From Hamiltosporidium tvaerminnensis FI-OER-3-3 (Eukaryota > Fungi > Microsporidia), in contig CM061248.1 of the NCBI GenBank assembly GCA_022605425.2, forward strand, positions 124,001 through 188,000: 64,000 bases of DNA, in the 5' to 3' direction. Numbering within the stretch: the stretch's first letter is position 1; every line of letters begins with the position of its first letter. Made by a program: the position numbers and the translations under genes. The notes beneath the pieces were generated by a model. The model saw only the letters and a list, made by a program, of their open reading frames with translations. It was not told the DNA's origin and ran no database searches. This document shows, piece by piece, positions 48,716-61,000 of the stretch.

Positions 48716-49749
48716 ACTTAAATTATGAGTTTATAATTATTTCAAACTGATTTGAAAAAAAATGTTTAAAAAAAAGCAAATATAAGAAAGGCAGTAATCT
48801 TAAAGGTGAAAATGACAATAAAATATATCATTCTCCGATAAAAAGTTTTATCAAACTTAAATATTCAAATTTGAAGGTCCGCGAGAAAGTAAAAGTTTAA
48901 AAATCGTTTTGCAAATGGAATAAAAAGATATAAAATTTAATCATAAATTTAATTAACTAGAAATGATCCGTTTGAATTGGTAATTCCTTCAGATGACTAA
49001 AATCTGGAAGTATCAAGTCGAGTGACAGAAGAGATCTTCTTTTAAATCCAAGGTATTTACGAATGCTAAGCAACGAAAATAATGTGTAAATATTTTGGTA
49101 ATTTTAATAATAAGTTAAACATTTACAATAAGCATGAAAAAAAAATCTGTATAACATTATTAAACTAAAAAATTAGGTATTTTGTTGCCTGAATCTAGTT
49201 AATATAAATAATTCGAAGATATTGTATCAAATAGAGGTAAAGATTCCATTTGGTTATGACGTTCTCGAAATAAAATCTTAAAACAAGAAGAATATCAGAA
49301 TATAACCCGTTCACAAAATTCTAGGTCAAAGCTTGATTATTTATTTGAATAAGAAAATAGAAAAAATAAAGCGTTGAAATCAGAATTATTTCACTTAGTC
49401 AAACCCTAATGAGATTATTGAGACTAAAAAGACGAAAAATTAAAACTAGTTAATAAGATATTTACGTCTGGTTCCATTAATTTGTTTTCAAGTATTTATT
49501 TATGAGATAACAGAATTTAATATCCACAAAATATCATCATAGGAGGCTCCTTAAATATGATTAAATATTATAAGATTAAGATATTTAATATAGTCAATCA
49601 TGTTTAAAAAGTTAGAAAAAAATGTGGTTTGGACCGAAATAGAAGATAGAGTAAAAATCAAAAGCCCACTAAATTCCTAAAAAGGATTCTGAATGTAATC
49701 TATGAAGCAAATACACAGGAAGCTTATATACGTTATTACATATATGCAG

Positions 49750-49975
49750 ACAGATGGAGACTAACCAACTTAAAAACTATCTGTTTGGCAATGAGAATGT
49801 AGAATTGATGTGAAAATCATACTTGGTATTTTTGTAAAATATAAACACCACTGGATCTATAGGCCGATCCCTTATAATCCGGAGTTATAACAGATTAGAA
49901 GAAATAAATGGAAAACTTCTATTAGTTCATCTTCGTACGCCTATAGGTAAAAGAAGAGTACAACAAGCAGACATA
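49750..49975 (+). mobile_element. SINE-like family B copy
   Basis: TTAAAAACT.TCTGTTTGGCAATGAG head; GCCGATCCC.TATAATCC.GAGTTATAACAGATTA body as in 8641-8869. Confidence 0.7.
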
Positions 49976-50546
49976 TATATGCAAAATAACAAGAAACCAT
50001 TTAAATAATCAACATCATTGTCCCTTTCATTATGAATGAAAAAAATGCATCAACTTTAAGTATAGAAGAAAATTTAAATAACAAGAACAAGCTAAATTAT
50101 CTGCAGAGTAATAATTTGAAGAAAACAAATATAAAGAAAAATATTTTATTATGAAATATATTATATCCTATAAAATATATAGTATGATACAGCCTACAAT
50201 TTTTAAAAGATATATAAAAATATATCTAATATACTCTAACCCACTTCAAAGAATTTATAAACGATGCCATACAACCAATATAATTGTAAATAAATGTATT
50301 TTTAATTTTAGCTAAACACATATTAAATTAAATTTAACGGAATAAATTTTTAGAAACTTTTATATTCAACTAACAATTTATTCGTTTTTAATATAAAAAA
50401 TAATATAAAGAAAAATGAACAATCTAATCATCTCTAAAGTATAATTCACCTATAATAAAACTTGGATTTAAAATAAATCAAAGACAAAGCAAATTTATAA
50501 AATCTAAATATTTTTAAATCAAAAAAATTATTTCTTAAATTTTAAA

Positions 50547-50695
50547 AGTAAAAAATAGTAAAAATAGTTAAAATAGTAAAAATAGTAAAAATAGTAAAAA
50601 TGGCTAAAATAGTAAAAAATAGTTAAAAGAGTTAAAATATTTAAAAGCAATAGAAATGGTTAAAAGAGTTAAAATAGTAAAAAGCAATAGAAATA
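50547..50695. repeat. Degenerate 9-bp tandem repeat (AAAATAGTA)n
   Basis: Directly visible downstream of the Sir2 gene. Confidence 0.8.
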
Positions 50696-50719
50696 TAGTT
50701 TTGAGAAATTTTATTTTTT

Positions 50720-53335
50720 TTACTTTTCATTTGTCTCTTTACTTACCACCTTTGTAAATGCTTTGATTCCTTTTTCTTTTGTAGGTTCTCCAACAACAAA
50801 ACTACCTTCTCGTTTATAATCTTCACTATTTTCTGTCGTAAGTGGTTTTTTATTATCAACTGGTTCACTGATAACTTCTGATTCGTTTATTTTCTGTTTA
50901 GAAGCAGGTATACTCTTTTTCTTCTTATTACCGGTCTTTTTAGTTGTTCTGTAATAGGAAGTACTGAATCTTTTACTAGATTTTCTTTTTGGCCTGGTTT
51001 TGATAGCCACATCCTGTTCCTGTTCATCCTCGGTTTTTTCATCCCCTGTATGATTTATTGATGATTCAATTTGACTTTCTGAAATTTTTATTTCTGGTTC
51101 ATTTACTTCATGAAATTCCTTTTCATCAATTAATTCACCATAACACTGATCTTCTTCGACAGGAGAATTATTTTCATCAATAATTATTTCAGGTGAGAAA
51201 AAATATTCAGTCTGCTTTTCTTCTTCACTTTCTTGATCTACCGAGTCTGTCTCTTCAACAGTGTATTCTCTTATAACATTGGTGTCTGCTTCTGAACAGT
51301 TTAGGTTTTCCGTATTTGAATACTTTGACATAAAACAGTTGCTACTTTCAGTATTGCTATCCACATAATCTACCTTGTTTACTGTCTCTGGCTTACTTTC
51401 CATAATATAAGCATTAGAAGACAAATCTGCAATATTTCTTACGACATTTTTAACATCATCAATACTAATCTTTAAATTTTCCTGTGTCTTTTTCTTTTCT
51501 GTATTTCCATTTTCTTCATTCTTTTCATCACTTTGTTCTCCCATTTTTAGATCATCACAATCCATACCTTCTATCTTTGAAGATTCACATTTATCAAAGA
51601 TAAATAGTTTCTCTTCTGATGAATCAGAATGAACTTTAGTTATCGCAGAATATTCATTGGTAAAAATTATTTCTGACTTGTTTTTCATTTTTTGTTTGGT
51701 ATTGTTTTTATTTTTATTTTTAACAAAATTTGAAACTTTGGTTTCATTTTCAAAATTTTTTGTGTTTAAATTTGTTTCAGAAATTTTATTTTGAATTTGT
51801 TTTTCATGAAAATTGTTTGAATTTATAGAAAATTCTTTGTTTTTTATAAAATTTTTGTTTTTTATTTCTGGTTTTTTCTTTATTTTAATGGTGAAAGGTT
51901 TTTTAGGTGTTGATAACTCCTGGATTTTTGATAGGTATTTACATGTTTTAACCTTTGATTCAGATGAAATAATAATTTCCTTATAAACATCTTTTTTATT
52001 TTCCACTTGTATTTCCTTTATAATTTCTTTTTTAATGTCCTCTTGGGTTTCCTTTATAATATCCCCTTGGGTTTCCTTATAAACATCTTTTTTACTCTCC
52101 ACTTGAGTTTCCTTTATAATCTCCTCTTGGGTTTCGTTTTTAATTTCTTTTTCAATTTCTTTTTCACTTTCTTTTTTATTATCCTCAAAGATATCTTTTT
52201 TATTTTCAATTTCCTTACAAATACCTTTTTTCATTTCCTTATAAACATCTTTTTTAATTTCCTTACAAATTTCTTTTTTTGTTTCCTCTTTGATTTCCTT
52301 TTTAATTCCTTTTTGTACTTTCGGTTGGTCTATTGACTTTTCAAGGCTTTTGTTTTGTGAAATTGTAAGTTTATCAAGCGATTTACGTATATTTTTTTCA
52401 TTTTTGGTTGTTTCTTTAATTTTAAGAATTGAACTGTGTGATTCGTTGGTTTCAATTGGTTTTGTTTCTAACAAATTCAATATTTCTTTACAAAACTCAT
52501 CACAGTCACCTTTCCATTGAAAATCAAAAACATCTTTAAATTCACTTCTAGGTTCTTCTTTATTAACATAAATCGATACTCCTTTGTTATTTCGATTAGA
52601 AAATCCAAAATATTTAACAATTTTTTTAATTCCATAAATTTGTAAACTGGTTCCCATAACAATAAAAAGATTTAAATCTGTGTCTTTGGAAACCATTTCA
52701 GATATAAAACTACTTTCAGGATGTGACTGATAATAATGTATAATTGTAGTATTCATAACACCAATTGGTGTACTTCGTTGATGATTTTCTTTTCTTTTTT
52801 TTTCTCTTTCCAAACAATTTATGCATTCAATTTCTTCAGATATTTTAAATTTTAAATTTTCCGTTTTTGTAAAAGGAATTTGATATCCACAATATGAACA
52901 TTTTAAAAATTTCATATTTCCGTGTAAATAAATTATTTCTGTATTTTTACTTTCTTTAGAAAATATCAACCCTGCTTTTTCTTCTAATCCATCAATATTT
53001 TGTGTGTAAATATGCATTTTTTTATTAAAATTTTTATATTTTACAAAAAAATTGTGTGTCTCTGTCGGTTTAGACTCGTCAGTAAGTTCTTTCAATTTAT
53101 AAATAAATTTTAAATATTTTGGACGCGTTTCAGGTTGTATAGAATACCGATACGTAAAAAGATCAGATCCTTGTACTTTCAAACTTTGCTTAATTTCGTT
53201 AAAAATACCATTTTTTGATCTAAAATCTGGAATACCACTATTTACAGAAATACCAGCACCAGTAATTATTACTACTCGTTTGTTATTAAAAATCTTATAA
53301 TTTTCCCGGACCCATTTACAATCTATAAATTGCAT
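50720..53335 (-). CDS. Sir2-family NAD-dependent deacetylase (Hst3/Hst4-like) with long charged C-terminal extension
   Basis: GAGISVNSGIPDFRS, PTETH, YTQNIDGLE, YLHG, CxxC...CxxC, GTSL; likely start MQFIDC at 53335 preceded by CCC motif. Confidence 0.92.
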   Translation of the reverse strand: MQFIDCKWVRENYKIFNNKRVVIITGAGISVNSGIPDFRSKNGIFNEIKQSLKVQGSDLFTYRYSIQPETRPKYLKFIYKLKELTDESKPTETHNFFVKYKNFNKKMHIYTQNIDGLEEKAGLIFSKESKNTEIIYLHGNMKFLKCSYCGYQIPFTKTENLKFKISEEIECINCLEREKKRKENHQRSTPIGVMNTTIIHYYQSHPESSFISEMVSKDTDLNLFIVMGTSLQIYGIKKIVKYFGFSNRNNKGVSIYVNKEEPRSEFKDVFDFQWKGDCDEFCKEILNLLETKPIETNESHSSILKIKETTKNEKNIRKSLDKLTISQNKSLEKSIDQPKVQKGIKKEIKEETKKEICKEIKKDVYKEMKKGICKEIENKKDIFEDNKKESEKEIEKEIKNETQEEIIKETQVESKKDVYKETQGDIIKETQEDIKKEIIKEIQVENKKDVYKEIIISSESKVKTCKYLSKIQELSTPKKPFTIKIKKKPEIKNKNFIKNKEFSINSNNFHEKQIQNKISETNLNTKNFENETKVSNFVKNKNKNNTKQKMKNKSEIIFTNEYSAITKVHSDSSEEKLFIFDKCESSKIEGMDCDDLKMGEQSDEKNEENGNTEKKKTQENLKISIDDVKNVVRNIADLSSNAYIMESKPETVNKVDYVDSNTESSNCFMSKYSNTENLNCSEADTNVIREYTVEETDSVDQESEEEKQTEYFFSPEIIIDENNSPVEEDQCYGELIDEKEFHEVNEPEIKISESQIESSINHTGDEKTEDEQEQDVAIKTRPKRKSSKRFSTSYYRTTKKTGNKKKKSIPASKQKINESEVISEPVDNKKPLTTENSEDYKREGSFVVGEPTKEKGIKAFTKVVSKETNEK

Positions 53336-53437
53336 TTCTAAGGGTTTTTTTTTCTTTTTTTTTCTTTTTTGGAGGGATTTTTTAATAAAAAAAAAGATTT
53401 TCAAATACAAATTTTAAAATCATTTATAAATTTTAGA

Positions 53438-53620
53438 ATTCTCTATATTCTTTATATTCTTTATATTATCTATATTCTTTATATTCTCTATATTCTTTAT
53501 ATTCTCTATAATCATTAATTCTCTATAATCATTAATTCTCTATATTCTCATATATTCTCTATATTCTCTATATTCTCTATATTCTTTATATTCTCTATAT
53601 TCTCATATATTCTCATATAA
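53438..53620. repeat. 9-bp tandem repeat (TATTCTCTA)n
   Basis: Directly visible. Confidence 0.85.
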
Positions 53621-53945
53621 ATATTCATAAGAATTTATATTTTTACTCATTAATCTATTTCTATTCCACTTCTTTAAAATTAAATATTTCTTACTTTTTA
53701 TTCTACTTTATTAAAATTAAATATTTCTTACTTTCTATTCTTCTTTAAAATTAAATAAATTTCTTAAAATTTTTATTCTACTTTATTGTATTTAAATAAA
53801 TTACTTACACTTTCTATTCTCAAGAATTTTAAAATTAAATAAATTACTTACAATTTCTATTCTCACGAATTTTAATTTACTGATTCTAATGAGAAATAAA
53901 AATCTGTTTTACTTATAAAAAAATACAAAAGAAAATTAAAAATAT

Positions 53946-54140
53946 TTATTGAGATACGTAAACTACCATTTCTCCTCGAATGAAAAGCGAAGAATCTTCC
54001 TTTCCTTCAATATCAGTTAATAAAATATTTAAATGTTCATCGAAACCATACAAAGTACCTATAATAGTATGAGAATCTCTTAATCTAACTGTTACTCTTT
54101 CTTCTAGATAGGTCTTCATTAGAAACATTGGGTCTTTCAT
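53946..54140 (-). CDS. LSM3: Sm-like protein Lsm3
   Basis: P..L.K..L.ERV.V.LR....GTL.GFDEHLNILL (Sm1) and LFIRGE.VV.VS (Sm2); CCCC motif upstream. Confidence 0.88.
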   Translation of the reverse strand: MKDPMFLMKTYLEERVTVRLRDSHTIIGTLYGFDEHLNILLTDIEGKEDSSLFIRGEMVVYVSQ

Positions 54141-55257
54141 TCTGAGGGGTGAATATATACATTCTTTTCAAATACAAATCTTTTGATTCTCTTTCTTCTG
54201 AATCTGATGTTTGATCTTCTTCGTTGTTTATAAGTGAAGTGTTTGGAGGTAAAATTTGGTAAATAATTTTATGTTCCTCTTCAACGATTTTATCTTCATT
54301 TTCTTCTATTCTACCTTCTTTATCTCTTTCTTTATTTCCTTCTTCTATTCGACTTTCTTTACCTCTTTCTTTATTTCCTTCTTCTATTCGACTTTCTTTA
54401 CCTCTTCTATCTATTCCTTCTTCACCTCTTCTATTATCTCCTTCATTTTCTTCTATTCTTCTTTCTTTACCTCTTCTATCTATTCCTTCTTCACCTCTTC
54501 TATTATCTCCTTCATTTTCTTCTATTCTACCTTCTTTATCTCTTCTATCTATTCCTTCTTCATCTCTTCTATTATCTCCTTCATTTTCTTTATCATTTTC
54601 TTTATATTTACATATTTCTTTATATTTTAGTAATTCTTCTTGTTTAGGAAATCCTATTTTTCTCCAAGTTTTCCATAACTGATCAATTTCTATAAAATTT
54701 TTGAAAATTTCATCGGGTTTTTCTACTTCTATTTTGTAATACCAAAGTTTGAAAAGAAGTAAATTCTTAAAATTTACATTTCTAACCAAACACATAAGAT
54801 GTTCTGGTGTAGTTAAAGTAAGTGCCCAAGAATCTTCAGTTTGCGGTATTTGTTGACAAATACCATATAAATCCAATAAAAACGGTGATTTAGGATCATC
54901 AAAATATTCAAAATTATTACCAAATAAATAAAAATCTTCATCAAATAAAAAATTTTTAAACGAATAAATTGTTTTAGAAATATTGTAATTACAAAACACT
55001 TTTCTTACTTTTTCTTCTTCACTACACAAATACAAACCAGAAATATCAAAAATATAATAATTTTTAATTAAATATTTAGTTACATATTTCTTATAAATAC
55101 CGGTTTTTTGAAGATAAATTATAAATTTTAATATGGAATTATTTTTTAATTTCTGGTTTAATATTCTTTTAAAAAGTATTTTTATATTTCTTTTTTTTGG
55201 AACAAATGTTTCTAAATATTTTGATATTTGCTCTTCGGTACGTAAACTTATTCGCAT
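54085..55257 (-). CDS. Probable reduced THO complex subunit 1 (Hpr1/THOC1)-like protein with 23-aa charged repeats
   Basis: LTTPEHLMCLVRNVNFKNLLLFKL and DQLWKTWRKIGFP resemble the recalled THOC1 motifs LTSxxLxxLQLxDxxFRRxxLxQ and ExxWxxWKxxGCP; CCC directly before ATG. Confidence 0.5.
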   Translation of the reverse strand: MRISLRTEEQISKYLETFVPKKRNIKILFKRILNQKLKNNSILKFIIYLQKTGIYKKYVTKYLIKNYYIFDISGLYLCSEEEKVRKVFCNYNISKTIYSFKNFLFDEDFYLFGNNFEYFDDPKSPFLLDLYGICQQIPQTEDSWALTLTTPEHLMCLVRNVNFKNLLLFKLWYYKIEVEKPDEIFKNFIEIDQLWKTWRKIGFPKQEELLKYKEICKYKENDKENEGDNRRDEEGIDRRDKEGRIEENEGDNRRGEEGIDRRGKERRIEENEGDNRRGEEGIDRRGKESRIEEGNKERGKESRIEEGNKERDKEGRIEENEDKIVEEEHKIIYQILPPNTSLINNEEDQTSDSEERESKDLYLKRMYIFTPQNERPNVSNEDLSRRKSNS

Positions 55258-55301
55258 GGGTCTACACTTTTTTTAAAAACAAATCTTTTTATAAATTTTT
55301 T

Positions 55302-55487
55302 ACTTCTAACACTAACACTTCTAATACTACATATCTAATACTTCTAACACTAACATATCTAGTACTTCTAACACTAACATATCTAATACTTCTAATACTT
55401 CTAATACTACATATCTAATACTTCTAACACTAACATATCTAGTACTTCTAACACTAATACTTCTAATACTTCTAATACTTCTAACAT
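55302..55487. repeat. 6/9-bp tandem repeat (CTAATACTT/CTAACA)
   Basis: Directly visible upstream of the 54085-55257 gene. Confidence 0.85.
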
Positions 55488-55882
55488 AAGTTGCTGGTTT
55501 AAGCATCTTTAAGTATATTATTGCAAGTTATATGTTTTGTTTGTTTTAATATTAAATATTAAATATAATCTACTTTAATTCAATATATCAGTTCTTAATT
55601 AACTTCTTTCTAATAAATAAATGATAAGAAAAATTATTTTAAAAGCTAACCTTTAATATTTCAAACATAACATTCTATACTTTTAATTTCATAATAGAAA
55701 GTGTTTAGAAACCGGTTGAAATTAAAAATAAATTTTATTATTTTATTAAATTTATATTCTTTGAATAGATTACGATTTGAATTGTTCATATTTTTTAATA
55801 AGGAATCATATTTATATAAAAAGACGTAGATTTTGAATGTGAACTCTTTTCTGAATATTTTATGTAATAAGATATAATTTAA

Positions 55883-58055
55883 ATAATAAATCAACTATAA
55901 TAGTTTATGAAATAATTTGAATATTTATTTTCTTAAATCTAATTATTTTTAAATTAAGTTTAAAAAATAGAAAATTTAAAATATTTCATAAATTATTATA
56001 GTTGATTTATTGTTGAAATAATTCCTTTAAAATAAAGAAGTATTCAGTTGAAAACAAGAATAATAAAGTATTGAAGAAAAACTCTAAATATTAGTCAAAA
56101 TATGAAATATAAAGTATATTTGAAATATAATTAATATACATTTTAATAGATTGTAGATAATAGAAGAGAAATGGGTTTTTAAATAAAAAAAATAGAATTA
56201 AAAACTATTTAATGTCTTAAGAAGATAAATTAGGGAATTAAAAAATTAGATTGATTCAACGTAAATAAAACTATAAAAATTTATAAGAAATACATTTTAA
56301 ATTTACTTTTAGTTTTAATATTGGTAGGATAGAATATAAAGAAATATTTTAGGAAAAACATAAAAATTGTTGACTTATTCTGTATAAAATATTATAAATA
56401 CCGGATTTTTTTTTTGCTTCAGCTACGGCCATATCCAGAGTAAAGCACCGGAACTCGTCAGATCTTCGAAGTTAAGCCTCCGAGAGCTAGGGTAGTACTA
56501 AGTAGGGCGACCGCTTGGGAACCTCTGGTGCCGTAGTTTTGTTTTTGGATATGAGGGATGAATTAGTAATTCCACTTCTTTAATAGATATAGAGTTGGAA
56601 TATGTATATGTTTTATCAGAAAATAATAAATTTATTCTCATTGTCAGCAAAAAAAAATTTTATTGATTAAACCAATTCGATTATTTGAATTTAATTTTCA
56701 TTTTTTTAAGAAAATATATTCGTACTATTTGATATAAAATTTTAAAGCGACACTTTGACAGAAATTTTGATTTTTTTATCTCGAAAAGCTGATTATAATT
56801 TAATTGAAGAAAATACTGTTGTAGTGCCAAGATTTTCATACAAATTTTTTGATTTATGGAAATGTAATTATTTGAAATTTAGATTATTAAAGAATCACAG
56901 GTGTTAAATTTTGATCTTTCAATTATTCTATGTCCACCTTTACAATCTTAATCTGTTAAATTCTAATGCTATAAGTTTCGATTATTATAAATAACAATAT
57001 TTCATATTCTCTACTTTTAAATTCTTTTATTTGAATTTGTTTTAAAGATTATATTTGAAAGAAAATGTGTTTTTAACCGAAATTGGTAAATCACTAAAAT
57101 TAAATTTAAACTCATCAATCTGAAATTATTAATTGTGATTTATAAAGAAGATACAAGATAATTACAAAATATTAAATATTCTGATATATAATCGATTTTT
57201 TTATAGATTAGATTGATATTTTAAAATCTCATTTTTTCTTCTACACGAGCTATAAATAGATTAAGTACTTTTTAATTTTTACGATATACTAGGCAATAGT
57301 TATAGAAAATGGAATTTTCGGTTTTAAGTAATTGACGATGGGAATGAATGCATTAAAAAGTGTTATGGGATTTGTTTTCGGGTGATTATGGAATGAATAA
57401 CAGACGATATCCGGTTTTTAAAATAAAATATGCCTATGTTCGACTTAGAAATTATTGGATTATTCAAAATTGTTGCAAAAAAACCGAGCATATAATTGAA
57501 TATGAAATCTATGAATTAATTTAATCCGCGGAATCTATGGTATACTTTTGGCACTTCTCAAGTCTTAAAATTCTATTTCAATAATTTTAAGATGAAACAT
57601 AAACGGCTTGCTTGAATGAAGAAAACATGATTAGACAAATTAAAATAATAGTAGATTTTCAAATTTAAGAAATTGGGAATAGTGTTTAAAAAAACAAGGG
57701 GGGTTTATATATACTATATACCAAAGGAGTTCTATGCAACTTCGAGTAATAACCATATATCCCCGATGATTATCTACGGTAAATTCTGGTCCAATCCAAC
57801 CACGTAATTTTTTTTTCTAGACTTCAATGATTTTTTTAGATCAGCTATAGTATGTTATCATAATATCGCTTTCTTTGTAGTCTCAAATAGTAATAGTTTC
57901 GGAGAAAACACTTGATTTTATTTTATTTAAATAATCAGTAGCTTATATCTGTATTTCTAACACTACAGAAAAGATTTGAGAATATCTAGATAGTGGGTCT
58001 AAATTCTGGGTAACTAATCAGTAATTTACTTGTAATATCAGTATCGATGTGTGTA
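55883..58055. repeat. Right arm of long inverted duplication (partner 15780-17896 plus 21727-21790)
   Basis: Reverse-complement identity; includes the empty site of the 17909-21714 insertion. Confidence 0.9.
56421..56538 (+). rRNA. 5S rRNA (copy 3)
   Basis: AGCTACGGCC...GCCGTAGTTTT; shares CTTCGAA and GCTAGGG with copy 2. Confidence 0.94.
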
Positions 58056-61000
58056 AACAAACAGTATAATATAGTCTACAAAAAAAATGCAAAAAACAAA
58101 TGACAAGCGAAACCACATCGTTCATTCCACCTATGTAGTATTTTATGACTGACACTAATTTCTAAATTAGCCTGACAGTAACTTATTTGTAAAAAAAAGA
58201 AAAACTCGAAGTAGGAAATTGACATATAGGTGTTCAAACATATACGTACAAAATAAATCGGTCGATATTAAAGTTTTTGACTTAAAAAATTTTATAAGCG
58301 TTAATAAGCAGAAACAGAGGAAATGACTACGACAATATACTTTACATGAAATCCTTAGAGAAACAGATAATTGAGTATGAGTTGAATTCAATGAGAAGCA
58401 TAGATTAATTGAAAGAAACGCAAAGACCGTAAGATTTATACGTTAGAAATTTTTATTGGTTTTAAAGAAAAATTAGATGAAAAAAATTTGTATTTTGATA
58501 TAATTGATACTTTTAAAAAAATTACACGGGAAATTTATTTGAAAAAGAATAAATAAATGATCGAAAGTGGCTTTTATTAAGAAAAATAAATGATTGATTG
58601 TTAATAATATGCATACCATTTTTTAAGGTACATATCAATTTTTAAAAAAAAGTAAGCTTAATAATCGTCATAATCTGTTTAAAATTGGTTATTCAAGTAT
58701 AATACCCGAACATATGATACTTGTAATATAATTGAAGGTTTCTGTTTCATAAGATGGCTCAAAAAAATGCCATGCATTCACGTATGGAGTATTTGAATTA
58801 TTCAGTATCAGATACTTCTCAAATCATGTTTTCACTATTTCAAGTAGTTATTTAAATTTTTAGTTGTTTATCTATCAAAAAAAACCATGGGAATTTTGGT
58901 AGTGTAATTTCTAAATCTAGATATTTCCAAGCAGACATAAACATCTTTATGATACTTTAAATTCATATTTTTAAAAACATTTTACCTGAAAAGTAGAACC
59001 AAAATCAACTTTTATTTTAATGTGCCGAGTATTTAAGGCTCTGAATACTAATCGTTGGAATTTATTTGAAATGTGTTTAGATTAACATCCGAGGGTGTCG
59101 TACAAATCCTTAGATCTTGTTATGAATGCGAGTTTTCGTTTTTTATAACCACTATTGTCCAGCCAAGTTATGCAAAAAGCCGATATATAGGGCTCAATAA
59201 ATTTATCCCCCGAATAAAGTACGAAAACAACTCAAAACCGAAGTTAAAAAATTTTACAAATGCCGATAGCCTTTTTGATAAATATTATTTGATTATATGT
59301 GTTCTAAGGCTTTATCAAATTTTTCGAATTCTGAAATTGTTTACATTAGTATATCAAAACAGAAAAATCAATACATTTAATGAATCGGTAAAATATCATG
59401 AGTAAGAATACTGAGAGAAAAAAAGTGTAAAAAATATTTTTTCACGGTTTCTTATTGTATTCTAAGAACTTTTTAGAACCGAACATAAATAAAATACATC
59501 AAATTTTTGTACATAAGGATGTAATTTTTTACTCTACCAATCAGGCGGTACTCATTGATAATCTTTAGATGTCTACAGGTGGTAACCGAATTTTGAAATG
59601 TAATAGAGAACATTAAGCTCATGGAATGATTAGCTAATGATTTAGCAAAAAAAAAACTTTGATAAATACAATTCCGGAAGCGAATACCTTTTTAGGCAAC
59701 AAAGATATTTATGGCTACAAAAATTAGAGTATATCAGCAGATATCACTTGTAAATAATTCGAGGAAAAACAACAAACTTATGATACGCATCGGATAGCCG
59801 TTTCACAGTAAATTAAAACAAAGAAAATGTTTAATTAATTATTATCCTGGAATATTTTAATGAATTATCATAAAAGCGTATTTTGGCTTGAACCTGCTAT
59901 ATCCTATCTTAGAGTATCTCGAAGGGGCTAATTTTGGCCGATTATTTGCATATTTGCCTATAATATAAAATATGTTCAGTTTCTTGACTAGACCTTTAGA
60001 GTGGATTACACGATGTCATGTTTGAGTGTAAATCTGTTTTTTTAACTCTTTAGTCTTTAAAAAAAATCAAAATTTTTTTATCCAAAAGAAAAACAAATGT
60101 AAAATAATCTTGACAAAAAATTTCATCTGATACAAATAAGCGCGAATTACAATCAAAATTATTTCACATGCAACGAATTATTTAAAATCAGAATTAGTTC
60201 CGCTAGTAAATTTAGCTAACGAAATAGAAAATAAAAAAAATACTAAAGAAGTTATTCAATTATATAAGAAAATGAGCTTGCAAAGTATAGTTATTCCTTC
60301 AAATTTATACAGCAAAGGAGCACACGAAAAGATGTTTTGGCAAAAGTTTATGCTTACTATATTTTGGTCTAGATTATGAAACTCTCGACTTTGTGGAAAA
60401 TTTACAACCAGATACGCTCTAATGCACAGACCAGATCATACTAGACAATATAATATAGTTTATCGAAGTAAAATTTTAATTTAATTAAGTATAAATAATG
60501 ATATTTTATATATAAGTATCACACTGTTTAAATGATTCTTAGAAAGAAGTATTCGGAGATAGGATTAGACCCAAAAGAACCGATTTAACATTTGAAATTT
60601 AGGTAAAATATTTCATATTGTATTGAAATTGAATATCGTATAATTATTGATCTTCTGTTTTGAACTGTCTATCCTAGGAACCGATTATTTTTATAATTTG
60701 GTTCATCAATAACTCTTTACATGATATTTACAGTTTGTGTAAAAGCTTCATATGTTGTATGTTTAGATATACTGCATATCCTAAAGAATCAAGCATATAT
60801 TTTTGTCAAGTATAGTTTAAAAGACGGTTATGAAAAAATGTTTTGCCCGAGGAGAGATAATTGGTGTATACTAAATATCCAAAGGTACGAAAAAATAATT
60901 CATAGATAAACCACAGTATCCATCACTTAACGAGCAATATATACAACACACAATCATAGCTTAGTCAAGAATAAGGCGAAAGATAACAAAATCCAGATTT

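Noticed and set aside
53336-53410. N-terminal extension of Sir2 in the ORF track
   Set aside because: TTG start through a poly-A tract; the CCC motif points to the ATG at 53335
57440-57480. NYWIIQNCC resembling the papain YWIVKNSWG motif
   Set aside because: Single short match with no supporting catalytic motifs and stops nearby
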